From NCBI RefSeq assembly GCF_001194135.2, contig NC_068984.1, forward strand, positions 110,847,510 through 110,911,509: 64,000 bases of DNA. Reading direction: 5' to 3'. Positions 12,110-24,835 of the stretch are shown here, piece by piece (within the stretch, counting starts at the first letter, position 1; every line of letters starts with the position of its first letter). The position numbers and the translations under genes are program-made. Origin of the DNA: Octopus bimaculoides (taxonomy: Eukaryota). The notes below the pieces were generated by a model. That model was not told where the DNA came from. It did no database searches and saw nothing but the letters and a program-made list of their open reading frames with translations.

Positions 12110-12370
12110 GCTGATATGGAAAGCAGCATATCATTCAGTTCCTGTCTACAATTACAATAAGAGAGACACTGATACATTATATTTTATGCTGATGGACACT
12201 TATTCCAGCTTTTAAAGTTACTCATTAATGTAATAAATGTCGCAAGTGCTTTTCAAAGAATCAGGAATGGTATAATTACAGACAATGGCATCAGACAAGC
12301 TGGTACCTATTTCAATGATGTTATTGTTGTAGGTAAAATGCTCAAAAAGTACGATGGAAACTTGACTTAT
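12110..12370 (+). mobile_element. Ty3/Gypsy-like LTR retrotransposon reverse-transcriptase remnant
   Basis: KAAYHSVPV (cf. DLKSAYHQIP), then FYADGHLFQLLKLLINVINVASAFQRIRNGIITDNGIRQAGTYFNDVIVVGK. YFND (12308-12319) occupies the YxDD position. Confidence 0.7.
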
Positions 12371-12774
12371 TTTATTTCATTTATTAAATGACTCATCATT
12401 ACACTGTATATGACAAATTGTCATATATATACCAAACATTCATTTATTACTTAAGATAGAAAATAGAGAAAAATTCTATGCTGGTGCTTGAACCAAAAGG
12501 ATTGAAATCCTTTACTGATAGCCCAATTCTTGGCAATGTCAAATGACTATGGTCACTACTAGCATGAAAAGATCTCACACATGTGGAAACCTCATTTAAC
12601 TGAGATGATTTATGCAGTCAGTAGATAAAATCTCTTTCTGGAAATATTTAAAATTTAAAAATGAATAAACAAGGAAGATGACTGCAATAAAATCAAATAA
12701 CTGAAATTTTTGATAATCAAAGACATTGAAAGAAGATCTTGGAAAAGTTACTTGGTAAAAGCAACAGATAAGAT

Positions 12775-13000
12775 TCGGCGGTGAGCTGACAGAATTGTTA
12801 GCATGCCAGGCGAGATGCTTAGCGGTATTTCGTCTGCCATTACATTCTGAGTTCAAATTCCACCGAGGTTGACTTTGCCTTTCATCCTTTTGGTGTCAAT
12901 TAAATAAGTCCCAGTTACACACTGGGGTCGATGTAATCAACTTAATCCTTTTGACTGTCCTTGTTTGTCCCCTCCATGTGGGCAATAAAGAAATAAAACA
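12775..13000 (+). mobile_element. SINE family A, near complete
   Basis: GGTGAGCTG.CAGAA..GTTAGCATGCCAGGCGA.ATGCTTAGCGGTATTTCGTCTGCC..TTCTGAGTTCAAATTCC...GGGCAATAAAGAAATAA. Close to 50105-50335. Confidence 0.88.
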
Positions 13001-15438
13001 GATATGATTTGGTCATATTAAGCCTTTCCAGTGAAGCATAGACTGCTGACCTGGCAAAACTTAAAAGTGGTCCTTCTATGTAGGAATATAAGGAATATAG
13101 TGATATGATTTCCTCTCAACAAGGAAGTTGAGAGGAAAACAAAAATCTCAAGAGAGGATCGCATTACTAAATATACATATATGTTTCAGTTTTATATATG
13201 TATTATAGTAAGCTGTAAAACTTCACTTATCTGAAACTATTCATACAATTTGTTGACAAAAATTCCCTGCAGGACATATGTAAAATCTAAAATCAACAAA
13301 CATATTAAATAAGTTCAATACAGTTTCGTTTTTGTGTTTCTTTTGCCAGATACTTGATGTAAAATTATATACTGAAACAGATGTTATTGTATCTTGGGAA
13401 ATTCAATTTTACCAATAAAAACACCTACACTGATCCTATTTCAATTCTTTTCTTTTTAATTGTTCTTCGAGTAGATCACTAGTTAATCTATCAATTGCTT
13501 AATTAATTGGTTCGCTTTGTCACTGTTTTCAACTGCCTTGATGACGTGCCCTCATTAATCCAGGTCTGATATACTGGACACAACATGACAGGTTTGATGC
13601 CTTCACTTGGTTGCTGTCTTTGTGACTGAAAGTACGATAATATTCTGCTGTATTTGGAAGATGTATTCAAGGATAATTAGTAGAGTAGTTGATGCAATCT
13701 AGAAAATGACAGAAGATTGAAAATGTAAGGAAATTAGTAAGTAGAACGAATCCTTGTGGTTCAATTGTCTAAGAATTCAGAAAAAAAAAAGATATTAGGA
13801 ACATAGTATTCAAACATGCCCACTTAGGGTGTGTATGTTGGCAAATCAATGTTGCAGAAAAAATATTTCTATTGTTATTGATGTCTTCCTTGTGAAAAGT
13901 TCTTTTTCAGAGTACTTTCTGGGTGAGTTTGTGGAAATAACTGTTTCTGAATTTTAAATGAATAAATTATTGTGATGAGAAACAGTCACTGAGAATCAAA
14001 CCCTTATTTTTAGATAATGTAGGAATGTATCAGGTGCTATCCTTTACCTCTTGTCACTGAACACTAAAGATCTGCATACTCAAGAAAATGGAAAGAACAA
14101 CATTACTAACTCAAACTTGGAACCATGTTACTGACAGACTTAAATGACTGGCTTCCCTTTTGCTACTCAGTAATCCTTCAGTTCCCCTCATTTAAATTTT
14201 CCCTCTTTCTCCCTCTCATGCTTAGTTTTTCTCCTTTATTCTCTTCTGCTTAAGTATGAAGCTCACATTTTCTTGTGTGCTCTTTCAGTTACAGCTAGTT
14301 TTTCAAACATAGAGGTTATGAAACTTTACTGTCTTTCTTTTATTTCCTTCATATCAACATTACCCAGGAAAAAAAACTCTCTCAAAAAGGCTGGATACTC
14401 CACTCACTCTACAATTTCACTTTACTCTTTCTGTTGCTTGTACCATAATGTACCTAGACTGTAAATAACAACAATGCATTAAGTTTTCTTCTTACCAGAA
14501 GATGACACCTTTTTGTAGATTAAATCTCAAAATAATGATAGGATAAAAATTCACTGTATGAAAGCTTGTGTTTATCCTATGTAATTCTAACTGTATTTAT
14601 TCTGTTCTTAGTACCAACTGACATTTGTCAATGTTTACATTGATTAGATTTCCTGATACTCACAATTATTAACAATTAACAAAAGCGTTGATATTTCTTT
14701 ATACTTTTCCTAATCATTTGTTCCTTGAATTTGTAACTAGTCACATTTTCAATTAAGTTCGGTAGTCATCATCATCTTTTTAATGCCCCCTTTTCCATGC
14801 TTCCATGTGTCTGACAGAATTTGTTGAGACAAATATTCTAATGTTGGATGCCCTTCTTGTTGCCCACTCTCACCTGTTTCAAAGTAAGGTAAATATTTTG
14901 CCATCACCAGACATGGTTTTCCTCATAGACTAGAAACATATAACATCACTTGTATGATGATAATGGCCATTTACAACCATTATGAAATGTCAAACCAAGG
15001 CTACACACAAACTCACACACATGTGTACACACTCACACTTACTCAAACACATACATATCTGTCTACATATTCAGCGGACTTCTTTCAGTTCCTGTCTACC
15101 AAGCCTTCTCATAAGATTTTGGTCAGCTTGAACCTAGGGTAGAAGACAACTCACCCAAGCCCCTATGCAGTGGGTTCAACCTGGAACCATATGGCTGGGA
15201 AGCTTACTTCTTACCATACAGTTATGCCTGTGCTTATTAAGTTAGATTTGAAAATTTGTTTCATCTAAACATTATAGTTCATGTTCCACTAATCGAGCAC
15301 TCTGTAAATTCAGTCCTAGTTTCTTTGGATTGTGTAATTTATCCAAACTGAGTATTAATCAATTTTAAGATTGATATATCTTCAATGGTGCTTTCAATGA
15401 AATGACAATAAACTCAACAATATTTTTTATCTCTGAAT

Positions 15439-15639
15439 TTACTGAATAATTTTAGAATATTTATGTTGCAAAACAATAATGATAATAATTAACTGTATCA
15501 TGACCTTCTCAATTTCTTTGTTCCAGCACTTGAGGATTTCATATATCATGATGGTGCAATGTGCTACGTTCTCTTTCATAATTTTATTTACTCTGCTATC
15601 AAATGGATATGCCATGTCGATTACATTGCCTAGTTTCAT
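15439..15639 (-). mobile_element. Restriction-like endonuclease (RLE) domain remnant of an R4/Dong-type non-LTR retrotransposon
   Basis: VIDMAYPFDSRVNKIMKENVAHC..IYEILKCWNKEIEKVMIQLII resembles the RLE motif IIDxAxPxDxRxxxKExEKxxKYxxLxxEIxRxW...VxPVIIG. Confidence 0.5.
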
Positions 15640-16089
15640 CTTCTGGTAAAATCATTAGTGTGTTAGAAAAAATGCTTTACAGTATTTGTTCTGCCAAGGT
15701 CAGTTTTGCCTTTCATTGCTTCAAGGTCAATAAGATAAGTCTAGTAATGGGGCCTTTGGTATCAACTAGCCTTGTGCCTAAAGTAGAAATTATTATTATT
15801 AGCATTATTGTTGTTATCGTTATTATTGGGTTGTTAGCTCATTGTACAAAATGTTTAGTAGCAATTCTTCTGGCTATTTACATTCTCAGTACAAATCATG
15901 ACCAAGATCAACTTCGCCTTTCATCCTTTCAGGGTCAAGAAAATAAAGTAGCAGTAAAGAACTTGGGGCAATAGTACTGACAATGTGCTGCCCCTCAAGA
16001 CTGGTGATCTTCAGCCAAAATTTGAAACCAATATTTTTATTATTATTCTTATTCCTTCGTGACACAGTGTAGGTAAAAAAAGCATCGGA

Positions 16090-16382
16090 GTCTCTAGCCA
16101 TCTGTCAAGTCCAAGCAAGGTGGTTGTTTATGGAAGACCAGCAGTCGCCCATGTCTACCAGCCTCCCCTCTCCACACCACTGATGTTATCCAAGGTAAAG
16201 GCATAGGACAATACAGCTTAGCAGCAGAGACGTCGCAGTTCGTTTCTACAGATGAATGAACTGGAGTATTGTGAAATAAAGTGTCTTGCTCAAAAACAGA
16301 ACACACAGCCCAGTCCAGGATTCGAACTCACTACCTCATGATTAGGAGCCCAATACTCTATCCAATAAGCCATGCACCTTCA
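16090..16382 (-). mobile_element. tRNA-headed SINE (family F variant)
   Basis: Reverse complement begins TGAAGGTGCATGGCTTATTGGATAGAG...GAGTTCGAATCCTGG (A and B boxes), followed by a body like 52905-53000. Confidence 0.75.
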
Positions 16383-16949
16383 AGCATATATAAATATATG
16401 AACATATATATGTATATACAACTGCAATAACAGTTACAACAACAATAAAAACAACAGCAACAACAACTACAACAATAATGGTGTGAAAAATTTTAATGAT
16501 TATGAAATGCTCTAAAGATAAAGAATTACTTCATTAGTTGATTATTTGTGCTATCAATAAATACACTTTTGTTTTACTTCCAAATTCCTTAACTTTTGAA
16601 GGCTTATGACTCCTTTTATTTCATCATTACTATTTTTGTAGTTAAGGTGATGAGCTGGTAGAATCGTTAGCATACTGTTCAGAATTCTTACCAGTATTTC
16701 ACACATACTCATACTCATATATGCACTCACACACACAATTCTAACAGACACACATACTTATATGACTTAGTTCATTGGGATCACCATTATTACCTCCCTT
16801 CAATTTAATCTCGTTTTTTTTTATTATTATCTCCCTTTCATTCAACCTCTTTTTTTCCCCAGTCATCTTGCCATGTTGGGCTGCTGAAGTCTACACAGTT
16901 TTCTCTCTCCATTCGTTTTTCATTCTCTCTCCATTTTTGCCTCTTATTC

Positions 16950-16985
16950 CTTTCTGTTGAAGAGGATAGGCTCAAAATGTAAAAG
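16950..16985 (+). ncRNA. Degenerate minimal type I hammerhead-ribozyme motif
   Basis: CTTT-CTGTTGA-A-GAG gatagg CTC-AAAA-TGTA-AAAG. Stem I CTTT/AAAG and stem II GAG/CTC pair; two core substitutions (CUGAUGA>CUGUUGA, GAAA>AAAA). The 3' half with intact GAAACGTT-AAAG occurs at 20876-20890 (-). Confidence 0.55.
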
Positions 16986-17148
16986 ACTTTTCTATACGAA
17001 AACTAAAAGAAGCAGCACATATGCTAGGACACAACAACCACCTAAGCAGACCGAATGCAGATATGAATAGCATATGGGAACCAGTATTAACGAAGGTAAG
17101 GAAAATGTTAGATTCATAAGCCCTAAAATTCACTCCATAATTACCCAT

Positions 17149-17219
17149 GGATATATGGCATAGTGGTTAAGAGCATTTGCTACTAACCCCAAGTTTTCGA
17201 GTTTGATTTTAGGCAGTTA

Positions 17220-17263
<44 letters not shown>

Positions 17264-17415
17264 GCATCAAAAAATACCCTAGGAATGAGAACCCAGGTTC
17301 GAAATTTCCCCAAGACACCTGATGAAGGCTGGAGGGTATATCAGCCGAAATGTTGAAGACAAATATCCGTCAAATATAAATAATGTACATAATTCCTCAT
17401 CTCTTGAATATAGAA
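17149..17415 (+). mobile_element. tRNA-headed SINE-like element with (AAT)n spacer and a 3' hammerhead motif
   Basis: A box TGGCATAGTGG (17156-17166), decayed B box GAGTTTGATTT (~17199-17209), (AAT)n 17224-17262, hammerhead core 17319-17354. Confidence 0.7.
17314..17355 (+). ncRNA. Minimal type I hammerhead-ribozyme core (PLE type); stem I 3' strand missing in this copy
   Basis: GACAC-CTGATGA(17319-25)-A-GGCTG/gagggtatat/CAGCC-GAAA(17347-50)-TGTT. Perfect core and 5-bp stem II, GUU triplet. Confidence 0.7.
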
Positions 17416-18799
17416 CTTTTCCATTTTTCCTGAGTGTTAAACTAATACACCTGCTTCTTGTTCCTACACCTGTCTTTGTCTTTTGTTTTCCTGTAAATCT
17501 GAACTATACACACACACACACGACAAGTTTATTAAATCTACACAGGTGTTGGTTGACCCATGGTTATAATAGAAAGAAGAAACTTGTCCAAGGTGTCATG
17601 CAGTGGGATAGAACTGAAAACCATGTGTTTGAGAAACAAACTTTTCAGCCACTCAGCTGAGCCTGCATGTTGACCACAATAGAAACATAGTGGGTCTTTA
17701 CCCTAGTAGGTGATGAGCAAGGATGGAGATGTACCTCATGGGACTCAGGAAGAAGGACAGACCAGAAGGTGAGAGAATGTTGAGCAAGATGTATGAGCAG
17801 CAGAGTGGGAGATGTGAGGATACATTAAATAGTTATTTGAACCTTGTCATATCTGGCTCAAAACATTCTGTTTTATGTTCAAACAATGGTATTCAAATCA
17901 TAAAAAATTTCATCATCGAAATTTCAAAGCTATAGAGATAATTCTTAATTAATTCAAAACAATGTGATGAATAAGCATTACAACTGACAGAATAATCCAA
18001 ATGTTAAAGGGTTAACCTAATGCTGTTTCAAATGTGCGTACTAATTTAAGAGTAATAGTATTCTGGAGGATACCTGTCATATAAGAAAGTGAAATGGTTG
18101 CAATTTGAACTTGCAGTGGGTTTGTTGCCTTAAGTCCTACTCAAAGAAATTTTTGTATTTAAACTTAAAAACAAAACCTACCTTCTTCAAGTAAATAACT
18201 TGACTAATACAAAACATTGGTCAAATTTTGGCAGAATTTCCAACAAAATTTCATTTTTTTTTATCAATACAATTAACTTCTAATTAAGGACTTTTCTATT
18301 TATTTTTACTGCATTTTGTCATTCTTTTATTCTAATATATGCCTGACTTCATGTATTTTGGCAAAGAAATAAACATTTTCAGCAATTAGTTTAATATTTT
18401 GTTTAATTGTATATGTATTTTCTATGTTTTTATTTTTATTTCTTTGTTAAATTTTGCATACTTATACCAATTTTTGGTCAGTGCTATAATCAAGAGGTAA
18501 TTGTATTCTGATTAAATTACAGAAAATAAAGCTAAGAATATTTAATATTTCAGCATGGACAGTTGTCTTAAAGTTATAAGTTAAACATGAGAAGAATATA
18601 TTCCTGGGGAAATGTTCCAATTTGGCTTCGTTTTTTTTCTGAGGAACATACATACTTAAATACATGTGTGTATGCAGATTGTAGATATGCCAAATGTTAT
18701 TTTACTTTTGTTTATTTTTTTTTTGCTTTCCTTTTTTTTTTTAATCTTACAATTTTTGCAAAATGAACATAATTCCAAGTGTAGAAATTTCCTTCACAG

Positions 18800-18847
18800 A
18801 AAAACAAAAATACATGCTGAAATACATTGTAAAACAATGCCTCCATA
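18800..18847 (+). CDS. Candidate 48-nt exon (KQKYMLKYIVKQCLH)
   Basis: aatttccttcacag| acceptor, |gtatgt donor, open symmetric phase 1-1. Confidence 0.25.
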
Positions 18848-19320
18848 GTATGTATTCATCTAACTCATGCTGGCATTGAAAAGCAGATGAAATAGGAGTC
18901 AATGGAAATGTGTGTGTATGTGTGTGCAATGGAATGGAGGGTGATTACAGTTGTTGGTTTAAAAAAAACAGGAAGAACTACTGCATGATGCACTGATTGG
19001 TATGATGGTAGGTAGATTTGATTGGTACTGGAAAAAGCATGAGGATCACAACTTCAATTCTGCTCACTTAGATTTAGAGTATAACATGTCCAACTCAGTG
19101 GAAGTGTTACCATTTAGCTGTTCTAGTCTCTGTTCTGCTTAGTGTTTTCTTTTTAATTACCTTTGAAATTAGCACCATAATAATCATTATTATTTCTTGC
19201 CTCTACAATTAAATTTATAATATTTCTCCTTCTCCTCATCATCATTAACATCATCACAATCACCATCATTAGCATCATCATCATCGTCATTGCCATCATC
19301 ATCATCACCACCACCACCAT

Positions 19321-19352
<32 letters not shown>

Positions 19353-19399
19353 ACAATCACCTATGTAGATGTTGAGAAATACAGATTGATAAAATATTT

Positions 19400-19785
19400 G
19401 TTGTTGGCACTCCGTCGCTTACGATGTCGAGGGCGCCAGTTGATCCAATCAACGGAACAGCCTGCTCGTGAAATTAATGTGTAAGTGGCTGAGCACACCA
19501 CAAACATGTGTACCCTTAACGTAGTTCTTGGGGATATTCAGCGTGACACAGAGTGACAAGGCTGACTCTTTGAATTACAGGCACAACAGAAACAGGAAGT
19601 AAGAGTGAGAGAAAGTTGTGGTGAAAGTGTACAGCAGGGTTCGCCACCATCCCCTGCCGGAGTCTCGTATAGCTTTTTAGGTGTTTTCGCTCAATAAACA
19701 CTCACAACACCCGATCTGACAATCGAAACCGCGATCTTCTGACCCTGAGTCCGCTGCCCTAACCACTGGGCCATCTCGCCTCCAC
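19400..19785 (-). mobile_element. SINE family B, full length
   Basis: Reverse complement head GTGGAGGCGAGATGGCCCAGTGGTTAGGGCAGCGG...GGTTTCGATT. Highly similar to 28038-28340 (+) and 40625-40988 (-). Confidence 0.9.
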
Positions 19786-20229
19786 TGATAAAACATACAC
19801 TAGCCTGAAATATAAAATTATCAACTAAAAGCCTTTAAAGCAGTGCCCCAGTATGGCCAAATATCTATGAACCAATTCAGTAAAATAATATATAATCTTC
19901 CATATGTAAATATTCACACACATACAAGAAGCCCGTTCTACTTTACTCATGGCCCCTTCACTCATACAATTAACCTATCAACTCCTAGTGGGTTTCATAG
20001 TCTTGCAAGCTCCATGATAACCTCATAAGTGCTGGTGCCAGGAGCAAAAAACACCAAGTACATACTGCAAAGTGGTTGATATTTCGAAAGGCATCTAACT
20101 ATAGGAACCGTGTCAAAGCAGATAGCTGGTGCATAATACAGTCCTTGGGCCCATCACAGCCTATCAAATAGTCCAACACATGACAGTATAGAATGTGAAT
20201 ATTACATGAAGAGATTATATACACGTATA

Positions 20230-20750
20230 CATGGAGCTCACTCAGCTGGTGGTCAAAAGTGAGTTGTACCTGTAATTCAAAGGGACAGCCAGGTCACATT
20301 TTGTGTCACATAGAATCTCCCTGAGACCTATGTTAAGGGCATGCATGTTTGTGGAGTGCTCGGCCACTTGCACGTTAATTTCAGGAGCAGAATGTTCTGT
20401 TGATTGGATCAACTGGAACCCTCATCGTCGTAACCGATGTAGTGCCATTCTAACATACATGCGTACATACATATGCATCCTCATCATCATCATTTAATGT
20501 CTGTTGTCCATGCTGGCATGGGTTGGACAGTTTGACCAGAGCTGGCCAGCTACATCAAATTCTGGTCTGACTTGACATGGTTTCTACAGCTGGATGCCAT
20601 TGCTAATGCCAACTACTTTATAAAGTGTGCCAGATGCTTTCATGTGACACCACACGAGTGCTTTTATGTGGCACTACACAGGCACTTTTATATGACATCG
20701 CATGAGCACTTTTATGTGGCACTGTCATAAGTGCTTTTCACCACCAGAGG
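20230..20750 (+). mobile_element. SINE 3' part sharing the family-B tail (20230-20450), followed by a family-D repeat (20470-20750)
   Basis: GAATCTCCCTGAGA...GGAGTGCTCGGCCACTTGCACGTTAATTTC matches the family-B tail; the CATCATCATTTAATGTC start matches 11029. Confidence 0.75.
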
Positions 20751-20752
20751 GA

Positions 20753-20788
<36 letters not shown>

Positions 20789-20799
20789 GAGAATTCACT

Positions 20800-20892
20800 A
20801 AAAAACAACAGACGAGGACAGGTGGTGTAGAAAACAAACAGATGTATTAGTATAACGCTCAGGAATTGAAAAAGACTTTAACGTTTCGAGTC
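20800..20892 (-). mobile_element. Tail of a hammerhead-bearing repeat (3' half of the ribozyme motif plus downstream sequence)
   Basis: Reverse complement CTC-GAAA-CGTT-AAAG...TTCCTGAGCGTTATACTAATACATCTG, homologous to 16971-16990 and 17428-17490. Confidence 0.6.
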
Positions 20893-20893
20893 T

Positions 20894-20937
<44 letters not shown>

Positions 20938-21517
20938 NNNNNNNNNNNNNNNNNNNNNNNNNNNNNNNNNNNNNNNNNNNNNNNNNNNNNNNNNNNNNNN
21001 NNNNNNNNNNNNNNNNNNNNNNNNNNNNNNNNNNNNNNNNNNNNNNNNNNNNNNNNNNNNNNNNNNNNNNNNNNNNNNNNNNNNNNNNNNNNNNNNNNNN
21101 NNNNNNNNNNNNNNNNNNNNNNNNNNNNNNNNNNNNNNNNNNNNTCATATGCAAATAAAGAAATATCTCTGATTCCTTATCATCATCCATAAGCTTAATG
21201 CCAGATAAAATTCAATGAAAGTATTAGAAGCTCCTAATGACAATTTAAAAAGTCTAAAAGTTTTATTGATGCCACAAATTTTTCATTAGATACTGAATTT
21301 CATCAATTTAATGCTCGGAAGAATTTTGCATCATTTTCATAATGTTCCAGGTTTCTTCAGACCTTTGCCAATAGAAATCAGATCACTTTGAACGTTTTAG
21401 GATTCTCTTCAATAATTATTTCGTTGCTATTTTTGATTGATAGTCACATTTTCACATACACATACATACAGACGTTTATTCACTCACTCACTCCCTTATA
21501 AATTTTACGTTCAGACA

Positions 21518-21574
<57 letters not shown>

Positions 21575-22189
21575 TCACAAACATATGTAGCTGCCAACAT
21601 AAAAATAGAGCTCTGCTATGTGGTTATACAGACATGAACTTCCATACATCATACATAATAGAAATACAAACACACATGCACACACATGAAGATCTAGTTT
21701 TATGCATACTACATATACATACAGATCTGCATCAAATCACTCACAGAATATCACACAGATATGCAAACCAGAAATGCATACAATTTGCTCATGATTACTT
21801 ATGTGCACATGTATACATGCACACCCATGCATGCACAGATTATACATTCACGTATATACCCATAATTATATGCATTCCTGCTAATCTGTACACTTAAGTA
21901 AATATGTACGTTTGTAAAGTTGTGATGTAAGTGGTCATATGCACTAGCACTGATAACGACATGCACAAATACTTGTGCATGCATATTTCTGTATGTCTGA
22001 TTCACGTACTCATTCCTTTACATGCACACACATGCATGGACAAGCATACATCCACACCCACCCACACACCTACACCTACACAAACACATACACACGCACA
22101 AAGCAATGTCAGCACTATAATAAATAATTGCGCTCTACTTTGGGATTGAGTACTTTTTCCTCTTGTTTGCAAATTCTAACATATATATG

Positions 22190-22230
<41 letters not shown>

Positions 22231-22234
22231 ATAC

Positions 22235-22313
<79 letters not shown>

Positions 22314-22375
22314 TATGTATACACATATATGTGTATACATATATACTTATGTATATATGTACATATATGTATATA

Positions 22376-22408
<33 letters not shown>

Positions 22409-23231
22409 ATAGATAGATAGAGATAGATAGATATATATAGGTATATATGTATATATACTTATATGAATATATGTACATATACACACACATATATATAGAG
22501 AGATATATATATATACTTATGTGTGTATACATGTATCACCATTTCAAAATAAACATAATACACACACACAGACACACATATATGAGTATGGAAAAATATA
22601 CGTGTTAATATATACATACACATGCACAAACATATACAATACATACACACAGACAATCACCTGTGATTGAAAAGCAAGGTGAAAAAAAAAAATTAATAAA
22701 ACGGAAGAAGGTAAAAAAAAAAATGGAGATTGAAGTATCATCATCCAATGACTCCTCTAGACTAATCCAATGACAATCTTGTGGCAATCTGAGAAATTTA
22801 TCGCAAGTAAAAATGTTTAAACAAGGATGATGCGAATAAAATTGAGTAGAGGCCGGATGTGATTGCGGAAATTTTGCAGCAACTTTGACTAAGCTTCTGT
22901 TAAAAATGATAAGGCACACAGGCTNNNNNNNNNNNNNNNNNNNNNNNNNNNNNNNNNNNNNNNNNNNNNNNNNNNNNNNNNNNNNNNNNNNNNNNNNNNN
23001 NNNNNNNNNNNNNNNNNNNNNNNNNNNNNNNNNNNNNNNNNNNNNNNNNNNNNNNNNNNNNNNNNNNNNNNNNNNNNNNNNNNNNNNNNNNNNNNNNNNN
23101 NNNNNNNNNNNNNNNNNNNNNNNNNNNNNNNNNNNNNNNNNNNNNNNNNNNNNNNNNNNNNNNNNNNNNNNNATATATATGTATATATATATATATATGC
23201 ATATATATGTACATATTGGTTTACCTATATG

Positions 23232-23267
<36 letters not shown>

Positions 23268-24835
23268 ACATATATATATATGTATTTATATATATATATG
23301 TATAAATACTCACACCACATTGTAGTAAATAGCTATATCAATAATAATAATAATAATAATGACAACAACAACAATAATAATAATATTGATGATGATGATA
23401 ATGGTGATGGTGATGATAATAACAATAGCAGTAAAATATAGAGTCTCTGAGTGGCTAGGAAGACATATGCTTATGGCTGAGTGATTAATGTTAACGATTG
23501 ACTGCTAAGAAAAGGAAAATGATTTGAGAAGAGGGACATTTTATTCATTTATTTACTTTTTTAATTTGATTTTGTTTTATTTTTATTTTATTTACTTTTA
23601 TTCTTTCATTCTCTAGATTTTTTTTTATTTTGGTCTGTCTGCCTCTCTCTCTTTCTCTCTCCTTTTCTCCTTGTCTCTGTTTCTAGTTTCTTGTTCCTAC
23701 CTCTCTATGTCTCCTTTATTCTATGTCTCTCTCTCTCTTTCTCTCTCTTCAACTTTGGTGCATTTTTTCTTATTCTTTTATTTAATTTTCAATCATTATG
23801 ATGTGTAAATGGTCACATGATTATCTCTTCAAAATGGCTGCCTGAAAATAGGAGTTTAAGAGGTTATACATATGTGTATGCATATGTGTGTGTAATTGTG
23901 TATGCGTGTATGTATGTATAAGCATGAATGTATATCTATGTGAATGTATGTTTATGAGCAAATGAGTGAGTACACCTGAAAAGACTTTTCTGAGTGTACT
24001 CCTCTATGTGTTTATGTGTGTATGTATGAAATGTAAAGGAAATTGACTGAAAGGATACAAATTTAATGGATTAGAAAGACAAAAGTAACAATTGCAAGAA
24101 TGGAACATGAAAAGGTATAAAATTAGCTTTATGTTGCGACTAAATGAGAAAGGAAATACCCAAAGCTGTTATATCTTTCAATTCCTTTGGAGATAAATAA
24201 ATAGAAAGAACAAGAAAAAAAAAAGTAAATAAATATAGCTCTTGACCATAAGATCTTAATATTCTTGAGTGCAATTTTTTATTGTTTTTGCCTTTGCCCC
24301 AAAAACTTATGTATATATATATATATATATATATTTATATACATACATGTATTTATATAAGAATATATATACATATATATGAATTTATTTAAATATATAT
24401 ATACATTTATATATATTTTATACAATATATATATATATATATTTTATACAATGTATATTATATGCATAAACGTATGTATGTATGTATATGTGTGTGTGTG
24501 TGTATTATATCGTATATATAAACATGTGTATATATATATGTGTAAATATACATATAGTTAGGTGTGTAACTTAGCAAATAAATATATTCTTAGAACTATA
24601 AATTTTGGATAACAGAAACAGACTGCCTTAACATGTGTGTGCATAGATGCATGTGTGTATGTGTGCTTGGGAATTCATATTTTTTTGCTTCATTTCATTC
24701 ATTTTTACCATTCATTTTTCCATGCTAGCATGAGTTAGATGCATACTCTATTAAAACATATCTTTGTGGCTGTTTGTCCTTCCTGGAGCTAAGCATTACT
24801 TTTTGTTTACAAGTAAGGGATTTCTTGCTTCTCAG

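Noticed and set aside
13430-13700. Unique-looking block with a minus-strand acceptor (ttttctag at ~13699)
   Set aside because: All three frames from the acceptor stop within 32 codons. It could be a terminal exon or UTR, but this cannot be supported.
16090-16200. Possible HDV-like ribozyme in the SINE body (GGGCGA...TTGCTT pairing on the minus strand)
   Set aside because: The nested double pseudoknot (P2, P3, P1.1, catalytic C) could not be built from this copy.
19210-19350. CAT/CAC, AAT/AAC/GAT and similar trinucleotide mosaics (also 23340-23425, 45180-45295, 50540-50630)
   Set aside because: Ordinary compound microsatellites; no CRISPR-like repeat-spacer structure anywhere in the window.
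22605-22919. 104-aa minus-strand ORF with IFNRSLVKV and KFLRL words reminiscent of PLE linkers
   Set aside because: The motifs are in the wrong order, the ORF runs into low-complexity sequence, and its start abuts a gap.
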